A stretch of 62,474 nt of DNA, filler included, from 4 parts of 4 records of this genome joined end to end with filler, not necessarily neighbours in it; one strand, 5' to 3'; counted from the whole stretch's first letter, positions 9,903-19,568 are shown. The notes: a model not told the origin generated them from the sequence alone. Numbers and translations are program-made.

Positions 9903-11171
9903 TTAGTGGATTTGGAGAGTTGCCTTTAGTGTCTGATTGTCTAATACGATGACTGCTGAATACTGACCAGCACTCATATCATTAAGCTGAAGTGGAAGCT
10001 GGTGCATCCCCGGCGTGCTGTTTACCTGCTGCTGGAGAACAACGCGGCCGCTCAGATCCATAACCTTAAGTTGTGCACTCTGGACCGTTTGATTGATTGC
10101 ATACGCAATCGTGCATTTTTTGTCAATGGCCGGATTGGGAAAGACCGCTACACTTCCAAGTATTTCAGCATTGCGCTCGGCAACGCCCGTCGAGACAGGG
10201 TCGTTGATCTCAAAGGTTACTGTACCGTCGGTACTGCCACCGAATTCGGTGAAGTAGAGTTTGTGAATCTTGCCGTCCAGAGCCTGAACAAAATAGGCGC
10301 GTTTGGTTTCCAGCTGCCATCCCGTACTGAAGTCAAAATTCTTCCAGTCGTGGCCAATCACGTTGATGTCTTCAGACAGCTCAATGTTATCGGAGTATTG
10401 TACTGTTGCTGGATCGACGTCATCTACTTGTGCGCTCAATACGCCAAAGTTCGTCCGCACGCCGCTGACGCCGTAGGGTGTTGTGCCGTCAGGACCAACG
10501 TAGGCGATATAACGACCAAAGACGATATCCCACTCAGCACTTAACGGTTCACGATCAATTGTTTCGTGTTTGGTGAGTGAGTAATACACAAAGTTTTTGC
10601 CGCTGTAGTTTTTCTTGTCCACAGTCAGCACCTGTGCGTCACTGCCGTCAAGGTTTGAGTATTTGGCAGTGTACACACCGCCGGCAAGTGACTCAATCAC
10701 TAGCTTCTTGAATGTCGTCTCGTCAAGCTGCAGAACAAAAATCTCTGTGCCGCCAACCTGGTGTGTTATCGGATTGTACTCGCCCCAACCCAGCGAACCC
10801 GAATTCGGGTCGATGTTGAGGTTCAGTGCACCCGAAGACCAGGTCGTTTCCGAACCATAGATTTGTGGCCAGTTTGCTGACATGCCGTTTGTATCCAGCT
10901 CGTCATATTTGTCAACCAAAACACCAAATGCGTGATAAGCCGTAACGCCTTTAGCATTGTTAACATGGATGGCAGCTGTGAAGCCGGAAATCTCAAATGC
11001 CAGGTCCCAGTCAGTCGCGTCCTTAACAATTGTTGTGCCGGTAGCAAGATTTACATATACGTCATTCGTATATCCCGGTCCCATTGAAACTGAGGTCTCA
11101 ATTGCATTCAATTCGTAGGCTGAAGTAGCCAGAATTGCTGAAGCACAAAAAAGTGTGAACAAACGGTTCAT
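9903..11171 (-). CDS. secreted tandem HmuY-like protein with T9SS type-A C-terminal sorting domain
   Basis: Signal peptide; two WD(L/I)xF motifs; HKLYFTEF; C-terminal VFPNPA...VMDLSGR...LND.SAGQY CTD; SD AGGAG. Confidence 0.8.
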   Translation of the reverse strand: MNRLFTLFCASAILATSAYELNAIETSVSMGPGYTNDVYVNLATGTTIVKDATDWDLAFEISGFTAAIHVNNAKGVTAYHAFGVLVDKYDELDTNGMSANWPQIYGSETTWSSGALNLNIDPNSGSLGWGEYNPITHQVGGTEIFVLQLDETTFKKLVIESLAGGVYTAKYSNLDGSDAQVLTVDKKNYSGKNFVYYSLTKHETIDREPLSAEWDIVFGRYIAYVGPDGTTPYGVSGVRTNFGVLSAQVDDVDPATVQYSDNIELSEDINVIGHDWKNFDFSTGWQLETKRAYFVQALDGKIHKLYFTEFGGSTDGTVTFEINDPVSTGVAERNAEILGSVAVFPNPAIDKKCTIAYAINQTVQSAQLKVMDLSGRVVLQQQVNSTPGMHQLPLQLNDMSAGQYSAVIVLDNQTLKATLQIH

Positions 11172-11258
11172 ACCAAATCTCCTGGAGATGCTAATGCTCT
11201 GTGTACCGCGTCAGGCGCGTTGTATGCTCCCTACGGTTTATCTTTGCGGCAGACTTGC

Positions 11259-11293
11259 AAATTAGATTTAAATCTAGACTAAATCCAGATAAG
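11259..11293. promoter_or_regulatory. overlapping palindromic operator copies (probable Fur-family box)
   Basis: Perfect palindrome TAGATTTAAATCTA (11263-76); minus strand CTTATCTGGATTTAGTCTAGAT matches site 404-425 at 17/22. Confidence 0.65.
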
Positions 11294-11414
11294 TTGCACT
11301 GAACTCTATCTTGGCATCATGGTCTGTGCACAAAGTCCGTAAACGGCACCTGACGTCAGGTAAGGTTGTTAACAATTTTGTTAAATACGTGATGCTGCGA
11401 GTCACAGGTGGTAC

Positions 11415-12443
11415 TTAAAGGCGCTGGACCTCAAAGGTCGGGCTGCCTTTATCACCTGTGTCGGCATCATAGAAATCGGTAAACCGCAGCTTATGCAGAA
11501 AACCTTCAATATCTTTGACAACAAAACTGCGTTCTGTATCCACGACAAAAAGCGACTCCTCTAAAATGAAGGTCTTCCAGTCATAGCCGATAATGTCTGG
11601 GCGCGAACTCATTGCCAGCGCCAGCGCCAAGTCACGATCAATCTCTTCAAACGCTACATCTTTAACTTCGGCAGCACGTACCAGGTAGGGGTTTGTTAAA
11701 ACACCATTGACGGAGTACGGCAGGGGCTCAGGGGCCTGGAAAATGAACGCGTACTTCGTAAAAACGAGATCCCAGTCAGTGAGCGGCGGCTCAAACTCAA
11801 CGCTTGTTTTATTGTCGATATTAAAGCCGATGTAGTTAAAACGCGCATCCCGTTCAATTGTATGTTTGAAACTGTTGGATCCATCAAGATCCGCAATTTC
11901 AATCGTGTAGGCGTCCCTATTCACATCTGTTATTTTCAGAAATACGCGGCCATACTGTTTGCCGGCCGCGCTGTAACCGCGGTCCAGAAGGTAGATATGT
12001 TGGCGTGAGTTAAGCCCGGACTCTGAGTTGTTTGTCCACCAGAAAGACATTGCCGTGGAGTCAATGCCACCGCTCTGGACGTCGTAGTGAAACTCGGCAG
12101 CACTCAAATCCGTGACGGACATCGCTGCAATCGTACCGACTCCCAAATCGGCAACTGATGCAAACTTGGCGCTGTTTAAGCGGATCGTATACTCGCCGGC
12201 CTGGCAGGCAAATTCCAGGTCCCACTTCTCGAAGTTGATAGACTTGACGACGGCAGTAGCGCCCAGATCAAAGTAGATGCGATTGTGATAATCGCTACCC
12301 ATCTGTACTGATGTGAGCTGTGCTTCACCGCGGTCTACCGGCGCAACCAACGAGTCTTCCGGCATGCAGGACTGCAGACTCAAGACTGCGAATGCTGCAA
12401 GAATCAAGTTTGGGAGACGCGTTGTGTTGATCATGTAATTCAT
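11415..12443 (-). CDS. HmuY-family heme-binding lipoprotein (tandem domain)
   Basis: Lipobox LQSC; EKWDLEF and TDWDLVFTKY; C-terminal HKLRFTDFYD..G..G.PTFE.Q.L typical of HmuY. Confidence 0.82.
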   Translation of the reverse strand: MNYMINTTRLPNLILAAFAVLSLQSCMPEDSLVAPVDRGEAQLTSVQMGSDYHNRIYFDLGATAVVKSINFEKWDLEFACQAGEYTIRLNSAKFASVADLGVGTIAAMSVTDLSAAEFHYDVQSGGIDSTAMSFWWTNNSESGLNSRQHIYLLDRGYSAAGKQYGRVFLKITDVNRDAYTIEIADLDGSNSFKHTIERDARFNYIGFNIDNKTSVEFEPPLTDWDLVFTKYAFIFQAPEPLPYSVNGVLTNPYLVRAAEVKDVAFEEIDRDLALALAMSSRPDIIGYDWKTFILEESLFVVDTERSFVVKDIEGFLHKLRFTDFYDADTGDKGSPTFEVQRL

Positions 12444-12518
12444 GCCTGGTTGCCTGTTTGTAAGCTAGGGTTCCGTTTGCCTGCTCCAAGTATTGGAACT
12501 GTTAATACTTGTAGGCAA

Positions 12519-14780
12519 TTATTGGAACGGGGCAATAACTTGTAAAGTAACGAAGGCCGAGCGTCCCGTGCCAACTGACACGCTGCCGCTTCCGGCGGAA
12601 TGGGCCTCACCACTGGCGATGCTGTTGCTAATATTAACAACATCGAAGATATTCTTTAGGCCGGTAGTTAAGGACATATTATCGTCAAAAAAGCGTGCCA
12701 CGACCGACATATCCAGAATGGAATAATCGGCGATTCTCCCTTCGGAGATCGTACCATCTTCCGATAGGTTAAACTGCGGTAATGCACCCGTGAATTTATA
12801 AAAGAGGTTGACGTCCAGTCTTTCTGTCAGCGAATACATCAGGTTCGCCGATAGTTCCGGGCTGAATGAATACTCCGACACTTCCGTACTTACACTCGAA
12901 TTATCTGCGAGGCTGTTCGATCTTCCCAGATAGCTGAAACTGATTGTCGCCGCGGCATTGCTGCGATTGTAGTGCAGGTCCAACTCCACACCAAGTGTCC
13001 GGAATCGGCCTATGTTAACATAGGAGAAGAGCTCGCTGTTAACCTGTGCCAAGCTGATCAGGTTGCGAATGCTGTTATAGAATACGCCCGGCTCCAGCTT
13101 GACTGCATTCTGCTGTGAATCCAATGTCCACTGCATGTCCAGCTTGTAATGTGTTGAGCGTTCCGCATCAAGTTCCGTGTTGCCACGGATGTTATGGTTG
13201 ATGTCTACAAAGAAAAAGTACAGTTCCCGCAGCGAAGGTGCGCGGAATCCCTCGGCCCAGGAGGCACGCAACACCAGATTGTCTTTAACATTAAACCTTG
13301 CGTTTAAACTGGGCAGTAGGGGAGCGTCAAAGCGCGTGTTGTATGCGTAGCGCAGTCCCGGCTGGACTTGCAGACCTTCGAGTGCTTTAATACGCATACT
13401 GCCAAACGCCGCATAGTCGTCTATCGATTGAATGCCATCGTTAATACGCCCGCCTTCAACATCTTCCAGATTAAAGTCCAATCCCAGTTGATAGTCTATC
13501 ACGTCACTGCTGCCGTCATCATTAAAGGATGCGCGCAATAGTAACGAATTAAAGATGCTCGTGTCCTGATCGCCTGGATCCGTTGTTAACTGCGAAATGC
13601 CAGTGGTTAAGTCCTTAAAGAAGCTGTTCTTGCGCCGGCGATAGTACGACTGTGCCAGCGTAAGATCCAGAGCCTTACGGCTGGTGAATGAGTGCAAAAC
13701 AAAAAGGCTATTGCTGAACCTCATCGTGCAGTATTCGTCGTCAAATGCCGTTTCGCGGTAGGGCGCGCGCGGTTCACCGCGATTCCAGATAAACTCGTTA
13801 AAGTAGCGCGTTGAAGTTCGCAGTTTTGTCTGGTCCAGTTTCCAGATGGCGTTAAAGTCACCAAAATACTGCTCCTTCGGTTTCCACTGCTGAAAACGTC
13901 CGGTATCCGGCACCGCAAAGCCATCAAAGAAGTTGCGCCCGCCGGCCAAAGCAAGCGAAATATCTCCGCTGTTAAACGAAATATTCCCGTCACCATTATA
14001 GTGTCCGACGCTCTCGTAGTACGAGTTTAACTCCGCATTCCACTGATTGTCCGAAGCACCACGCGTGATAATGTTAATCACACCACCCAGCGCATCTGTA
14101 CCATAATGTACTGAAAGTGGGTCGTCTACAATCTCGACGCGTTCGGCATTGTTAAGATTAATCTGGCTCAGATCCACGTTGCCGTTCGTTCGTCCCGTTA
14201 CAGGCACGCCGTCAATCATAATTTTAACATTGCGTCCACCAATTCCCTGAATACTCAGGGAGGAACCCAGCAGGTTGTCCTGTGAAAGTCGCATTCCCGC
14301 ACGCTGTTTAAGTAATTGTGACAGGGTGTTCGCGCCCTGTGCTTTCATCTGTGCCGCCGGAATGATCTCAACATTGTACAGCGACTCAGACTGTTTTGTC
14401 GGCAGGTATTGCGCCGTAACTACAACTTCGTCAGATGTGTAGTCGGTCGCCTCAAGCAGAAGTCTGTAGTCTTCAGTTCCCGTGAGTGTATCAATTTGTG
14501 CAACAAACCCTACACAGGAAACCCGTACTTCCTGGCGGCTGTTAAACGGAATGTTAACATAACCCAAAGGTCCGGTCAGAATCGTTAAACTCGAATCGCG
14601 GCAGTCACCATCAAGGCAGCGGAAATTAATTGTTGCGGCCGCAATTGGAGTCCCGGAAGTTTGAGCCTGCACATGCAGGCGTTGTGCTGCGGCAGGCGTG
14701 GCCCAAATGCTGCTCGAAACACACAGTGCGGCGGCAATCAGACGGAAAGTTAGCTGGATACGTGACTGCAGAATCGTCAT
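12519..14780 (-). CDS. TonB-dependent heme receptor (HmuR-like)
   Basis: EVVVTAQ, plug KIMIDGVPV.GR, SVHYGTDALGGVINIIT, GFRAPSLRELY (FRAP motif), GN.ELDAE, KNIFD; start uncertain. Confidence 0.88.
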   Translation of the reverse strand: MTILQSRIQLTFRLIAAALCVSSSIWATPAAAQRLHVQAQTSGTPIAAATINFRCLDGDCRDSSLTILTGPLGYVNIPFNSRQEVRVSCVGFVAQIDTLTGTEDYRLLLEATDYTSDEVVVTAQYLPTKQSESLYNVEIIPAAQMKAQGANTLSQLLKQRAGMRLSQDNLLGSSLSIQGIGGRNVKIMIDGVPVTGRTNGNVDLSQINLNNAERVEIVDDPLSVHYGTDALGGVINIITRGASDNQWNAELNSYYESVGHYNGDGNISFNSGDISLALAGGRNFFDGFAVPDTGRFQQWKPKEQYFGDFNAIWKLDQTKLRTSTRYFNEFIWNRGEPRAPYRETAFDDEYCTMRFSNSLFVLHSFTSRKALDLTLAQSYYRRRKNSFFKDLTTGISQLTTDPGDQDTSIFNSLLLRASFNDDGSSDVIDYQLGLDFNLEDVEGGRINDGIQSIDDYAAFGSMRIKALEGLQVQPGLRYAYNTRFDAPLLPSLNARFNVKDNLVLRASWAEGFRAPSLRELYFFFVDINHNIRGNTELDAERSTHYKLDMQWTLDSQQNAVKLEPGVFYNSIRNLISLAQVNSELFSYVNIGRFRTLGVELDLHYNRSNAAATISFSYLGRSNSLADNSSVSTEVSEYSFSPELSANLMYSLTERLDVNLFYKFTGALPQFNLSEDGTISEGRIADYSILDMSVVARFFDDNMSLTTGLKNIFDVVNISNSIASGEAHSAGSGSVSVGTGRSAFVTLQVIAPFQ

Positions 14781-14937
14781 TGTAATACGTGGGAAACGTT
14801 TGCTCCGGCGGCTTTTGAGGCATGCCCAAATTTTTGCACAGACCAATACCTGCAGTGGGAGAACTGCACGTATTGCACGTTTCTGATTGTTGTATGATAG
14901 ATGCTGCCCATCGAATTGTATGGCTCGCGGCAGCTGG

Positions 14938-14970
14938 TCCTTATTTAGACTTAGTTTAAATTAGAATAAG
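14938..14970. promoter_or_regulatory. palindromic operator upstream of heme receptor (probable Fur-family box)
   Basis: TCCTTATTTAGACTTAGT identical to 402-419, continuing TTAAATTAG. Confidence 0.75.
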
Positions 14971-15403
14971 TTGACCGTACGTACAAATTAAATTTTCGTA
15001 AACTGCCGAAATGTGACTGAAGTTTAGGTTTTATGCGGTCTGCCACGAATAGAATACTTGCTGGAGCTTGTGGCTGGCGGTTCTTCGACTGCATTCTGAG
15101 CGCTTTGAGTTCCTTCACTACGTTCGGTCCTCAGGCTTTTTGAGCTTCTTGTTAGTCGCTGGGTGGCGAGCGCTCATCACTTGAGCACCGTAGATTCGTT
15201 GAGTGTAGGACCTACAATTGTAGGCGCTTTGCCTTCTGATTCAGTCGAATGCCACTGCGCGGACGATTCCATCCAAGGCACTTAAATGCCATACTGCGAC
15301 CGTTCGGTGGAGATTACGGGTACTTTAGCAGATAGCGTTTGTTTTGTCGGCTGGAATAGCTGCAAATTGGTCTTGTTAAACCTCCGGAGGATTAACCGCG
15401 AAC

Positions 15404-15503
15404 NNNNNNNNNNNNNNNNNNNNNNNNNNNNNNNNNNNNNNNNNNNNTTAATTAATTAANNNNNNNNNNNNNNNNNNNNNNNNNNNNNNNNNNNNNNNNN
15501 NNN
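15404..15503. other. artificial contig spacer
   Basis: 44 N + TTAATTAATTAA + 44 N. Confidence 0.98.
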
Positions 15504-15655
15504 GCATGCGAAACGCGAGCGCGTCTTCGCATCGACCTTGCAGGTCGCCCTTCGCTGCGTTGCAAACCGGGCGACTTGATCTTGAATCGGCAGACTGAGC
15601 AAAACCATTTGCACCCCTGCAGCAAGCTCCTTCCGGACGGCCATTGACATAGGCC
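15504..15655. repeat. highly structured MITE/ERIC-like element, truncated at contig end
   Basis: Hairpins ATGCGAA/TTCGCAT, CGACCT/AGGTCG, GTCGCCC/GGGCGAC; minus strand contains GCAACGCAGCGAA; non-coding. Confidence 0.4.
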
Positions 15656-15661
15656 AAAAAC

Positions 15662-16903
15662 TCAACCGACTGGCTTCACCTTCGCAGCAACACGCTTGGC
15701 CTTCGCACGGGCTTCTTCTACATCTGTATCACGCGCCAAGGCAACACCCATTCGTCGTTTCACAAACGACTCGGGTTTACCAAACAAACGCACATCCGTG
15801 CCAGGCTCGGCCAAGGCATCGGCCACGCCTTCAAATGCGATGCCCACTTTGTCTAAACCGCCATAAATCACTGCACTGGCGCCCGGTGTTTTCAAGCTGG
15901 TGTCAACAGGCAAACCCAGAATGGCACGTGCATGCAATTCAAATTCATTTTGCCACTGCGTAATCATGGTGACCATGCCGGTGTCGTGAGGGCGAGGGCT
16001 CACCTCAGAAAACCAAACCTGATCGCCTTTCACAAACATTTCAACGCCAAATAAACCGGTGCCACCCAAAGCGGTGGTTACCTGGTCTGCCATTTTACGG
16101 GCCTCATCCAAAGCCTTTGCGTTCATGGTTTGGGGTTGCCAGCTTTCAACATAATCGCCGCTTACCTGAATATGACCCACTGGCTCACAATAACTGGTTT
16201 CAATTGCGCCACTTTTGGAGTTGCGGGCACGCACAGTCAACAGAGTGATTTCATACTCGAATTCGATCAGCGACTCGGCGATAACCCGCCCTGAGTTGAC
16301 ACGCCCGGCGCTACCCGCGTGATCCCACGCTGCTTCAAGTTGGCTTGCATTATCCACCTTGGATTGCCCTTTTCCGGAGGATGACATCACAGGCTTGATG
16401 ATGCAGGGGTAGCCCACCGGCTTTCTGCCATGAATGCCTTTTTCTACAGCCATCTTCAGGGTTTCAAAATCATCCGCAAAAGCATAGTGCGAGCAACTTA
16501 AATTCAATTCCTCAGCAGCCAGGCGACGAATCCCTTCACGGTTCATGGTCAGCCAAGCCGCATTGGCTGTAGGCACCACACGCACCACGCCTTCAGCCTC
16601 AAGTTCTTTCAGGGCAGGGGTCGCAATTGCTTCAATTTCCGGCACCACAATGTGGGGACGCTCTTGTGCAATCAAGGCCTTCAATGCGTTGGCATTGGTC
16701 ATGTCGATTACATGAAAGCGATGCGCAACCTGGTGCCCTGGCGCATTGGGGTAGCGGTCCACTGCAATAACCTCAACACCCAGACGCTGAAAGGCGATGA
16801 TCACTTCTTTGCCCAGCTCACCACTGCCCAGCAACATCACTTTGACGGCGTTTGCAGCCAAAGGTGTACCGATCTGTGTTGGAAATTGAATCGCTGTTGT
16901 CAT
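15662..16903 (-). CDS. purT: formate-dependent phosphoribosylglycinamide formyltransferase
   Basis: [50 protein letters not shown]. Confidence 0.97.
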   Translation of the reverse strand: MTTAIQFPTQIGTPLAANAVKVMLLGSGELGKEVIIAFQRLGVEVIAVDRYPNAPGHQVAHRFHVIDMTNANALKALIAQERPHIVVPEIEAIATPALKELEAEGVVRVVPTANAAWLTMNREGIRRLAAEELNLSCSHYAFADDFETLKMAVEKGIHGRKPVGYPCIIKPVMSSSGKGQSKVDNASQLEAAWDHAGSAGRVNSGRVIAESLIEFEYEITLLTVRARNSKSGAIETSYCEPVGHIQVSGDYVESWQPQTMNAKALDEARKMADQVTTALGGTGLFGVEMFVKGDQVWFSEVSPRPHDTGMVTMITQWQNEFELHARAILGLPVDTSLKTPGASAVIYGGLDKVGIAFEGVADALAEPGTDVRLFGKPESFVKRRMGVALARDTDVEEARAKAKRVAAKVKPVG

Positions 16904-16931
16904 GCTCAAACTCGCTTGATTAAATCACTGA

Positions 16932-18011
16932 TTAATTGATGGATTCGGGGGTGTCGTGGTGGTGTGCATGCGATGCTTCGTCAAAAAACACCACCAACAA
17001 CACCAGCAGCACCGGGCCAATAATCAAGCCCACAATACCCATGGTAATGACGCCGCCAAACACACCGAACAAGACGGCCAAAAACGGCAAGTGGGTTCCG
17101 CCTTGTATCAACAAAGGGCGAACCAGGTAATCGGCAATCAACACCACCAACATGCCCACGGAGATCAATACAATTGCTTCCGCGCCGTTGCCACTTAAAA
17201 ACAGGATCATACCCAAAATAGCGAGCAAGCCTGGTGCAGCCATGGGAATAAAGGCAATCAGGGCAGTGATAGTGCCCAATAGCACCGGTGCATAGACGCC
17301 ACACGCAGCAAACAGCACAGAAAGGATGACTGCCTCTGCAAAACTGACAATCACCAACCCGTTAACCGCAGCTCGCAGCGCGGGTGGCATATGTGAAACA
17401 TAAGGTTTCCAGCGTTGGCCCAGCCAGTCAGTGCCAATTCGGTTCATGCGGATGCTGATGCTTGAGCCGTCGCGGTAAAAAAAGAACAGCACCCACAATG
17501 CAAAAAACAGGGTGGCAACACGACCCAGCAGTTCAAGCAAAATGGCCGATGCGGTGCCCTGCACATCGCCCAAACGTTGGGTAAGTGTTTCGCGCAACAG
17601 TCCGGAAATTTGTTTGGGCACACTCAAATATTCTGTCCAGCTGGCCACGAGCATTTCGCCAAGCACCGGAATTTGAGGCAGCCAGTTGGGCACAGCAACG
17701 CCGGAGTCATCGGCCTGTCGCAAGAAGGTGGTAATTTCAAGAATGTCTTGAACCATAAACACGATCAGGCCGATCATTGGTCCAACCAACAGGAATGCAA
17801 CAACCAGGGTGGTCAGAAATGCGGCGCCATTGGGCTTTCCGGGAAATCGTGCGCGAATGCGACAGTGAAGTGGCCAAAACGCGGTGGCAATAATTCCCGC
17901 CCACAAAATTGCCAACAGGAATGGCGACAATACAATGGCAGCACCAACCAGTATCAACACAGTAAACAGCGTGCTGATCAGGGACTTCGGTTGTCTCAGG
18001 TGTTCTGCCAT
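16932..18011 (-). CDS. AI-2E family transporter
   Basis: Multi-TM; LFFFYRDG, DYLVRP, GVFGG...GIVGLIIGPV. Confidence 0.9.
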   Translation of the reverse strand: MAEHLRQPKSLISTLFTVLILVGAAIVLSPFLLAILWAGIIATAFWPLHCRIRARFPGKPNGAAFLTTLVVAFLLVGPMIGLIVFMVQDILEITTFLRQADDSGVAVPNWLPQIPVLGEMLVASWTEYLSVPKQISGLLRETLTQRLGDVQGTASAILLELLGRVATLFFALWVLFFFYRDGSSISIRMNRIGTDWLGQRWKPYVSHMPPALRAAVNGLVIVSFAEAVILSVLFAACGVYAPVLLGTITALIAFIPMAAPGLLAILGMILFLSGNGAEAIVLISVGMLVVLIADYLVRPLLIQGGTHLPFLAVLFGVFGGVITMGIVGLIIGPVLLVLLVVFFDEASHAHHHDTPESIN

Positions 18012-18122
18012 GTCAGCCAGTCGTGCGCAATACGCGTTATTTGAATGATTGTTTGTGGTTCAATCATTGTAGCAACGCCTGAATTGCAAATTGACTGTTA
18101 TTTCACTTTCACGAGAACACAC

Positions 18123-18833
18123 ATGAAATTATCCAACACCTTGAGAATCGCTTTGTTCAGTACCTCGGTTGGTTTGCTGGCTCCGTCGGTCGCGTTTGCA
18201 GACCTGTGCGAGAAAACACCCGCCGTGAACTTGAATGCCATTAGCAGCGAAGAGGTGGACAACGACATGGTGCGTTTGAATTGGCAGGTGCAAATTCAGG
18301 CAGGTACGGCCAACGAGGCCATGAATGCCGTGAACACCGTGCTTGAAAAATCAATCAACAATTTATCGAAGAACAAAGACATCAGCAAACTGAAGAACAA
18401 CATTCAAACCTATCCGCAATACGGCAAAAACAATGTCATCCAAACTTGGCAAGGTGTGGGCTCACTTACTTTTGAAATGCCAGTTCAGGCATTAAAAACC
18501 CAGAAGAATTTGAATGTGGCAGATGGTCTGACACTTAGCAATCTGGAATATTTTCCCAGCGAAGGCCGTATTGAACAAAGCCGCGAAAAACTGCTGCAAA
18601 GTGCCATGAAAGAGTTTCAAAATAAAGCCAGTATTGCTGCAAAAGGTTTTGGCAAAACTGGCTATACCTTGGGTGAAGTGTCAATCAATGATGAGAATCA
18701 AGGTCCACCTTCCTATCCACGGATGTATGCCGCATCGGCTGACATGATGAGCAAAGGCATGGAAGTGGCCCCGGCCGCTGGTTCAAGCCGGGTCAGTGTT
18801 TCGGTTAATGGGCGCGTTTGCCTGAAGCCGTAA
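18123..18833 (+). CDS. SIMPL (DUF541) domain periplasmic protein
   Basis: Signal peptide; EV.ND, TYPQY...WQG, C-terminal AGSSRVSVSVNG.V. Confidence 0.8.
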   Translation: MKLSNTLRIALFSTSVGLLAPSVAFADLCEKTPAVNLNAISSEEVDNDMVRLNWQVQIQAGTANEAMNAVNTVLEKSINNLSKNKDISKLKNNIQTYPQYGKNNVIQTWQGVGSLTFEMPVQALKTQKNLNVADGLTLSNLEYFPSEGRIEQSREKLLQSAMKEFQNKASIAAKGFGKTGYTLGEVSINDENQGPPSYPRMYAASADMMSKGMEVAPAAGSSRVSVSVNGRVCLKP

Positions 18834-19230
18834 ATGGAATAACACGGGCCAGGTTGGCAACTGGCTCTAGTGGATCATTGGAAACGTCTGTGACCTTTTC
18901 AATGTCGCCAGCGTAATTCTGATCGATCAAACGCAAACCATTCTGCTTCAATGGGGCAGGGCTCAGTTCCTGTTCCAGTTTTTGTACCTGCTCACGCAAT
19001 TTGCCAAACGATTCCCACATCAGCTTTGACGATTCCATGGCCGACTGCAATGGGCTTTTCGAGCGCTGGCGAATCATACGGATCTTGAACAACGTTTGCT
19101 CAAGCGCCAATCGGTGTTCGGGATCGACACTGGCTACATAACCTTCCAGCACTGCCTCGCGGCGCTGCTCGAAGGCAACAGGGTCTACCTGGTACAAGTC
19201 GGCCCATTCCTTGAAATCAAAGTGTGTCAT
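18805..19230 (-). CDS. DUF3135 domain protein
   Basis: FDF.EW..L...DP.AFE.RR; R.RSKSPL; ends in RVIPF. Confidence 0.75.
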   Translation of the reverse strand: MTHFDFKEWADLYQVDPVAFEQRREAVLEGYVASVDPEHRLALEQTLFKIRMIRQRSKSPLQSAMESSKLMWESFGKLREQVQKLEQELSPAPLKQNGLRLIDQNYAGDIEKVTDVSNDPLEPVANLARVIPFTASGKRAH

Positions 19231-19463
19231 GGCTGCTCCTTGCTTTGCTCAATGAGCTTGGCTTTGTTGCTGTCTTGATCTTCGGTTCCCATCAAAAACG
19301 CATGCACTGCTTTTTGCAGAGTTCTTAACCGAGCAGTTTTTAGGTTAAGCTCACGTCTAAGAGCTTCGTTCTCTTCCATGAGTCTGTCAACCAGTGCGAG
19401 AGTTTCAAATTTCTTTCCCAAACTTTCTACCCGGTTTACTTCAACGCTTGAATGATGGCCCAT
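19227..19463 (-). CDS. small coiled-coil hypothetical protein
   Basis: Heptad-rich segment; ATGA overlap with the DUF3135 gene. Confidence 0.6.
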   Translation of the reverse strand: MGHHSSVEVNRVESLGKKFETLALVDRLMEENEALRRELNLKTARLRTLQKAVHAFLMGTEDQDSNKAKLIEQSKEQP

Positions 19464-19568
19464 GATGACTAGTAATGTTGCTATTAACCTTTGTACTGCC
19501 AAACACAGCAATCGGTTTTAGTAATACTCTTCAGTAACAACAATCGAATGACCACAACAATGGTGTTT

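Noticed and set aside
14971-15403. Possible gene or ncRNA upstream of the heme receptor
   Set aside because: No convincing ORF, RBS or recognisable RNA motif
15448-15459. TTAATTAATTAA palindrome recurring three times
   Set aside because: Always centred in 44+44 N; an assembly linker with stops in all frames, not biology
15448-15665. ORFs running into the N spacer
   Set aside because: Terminated only by linker stops; no protein features; better explained as structured non-coding DNA
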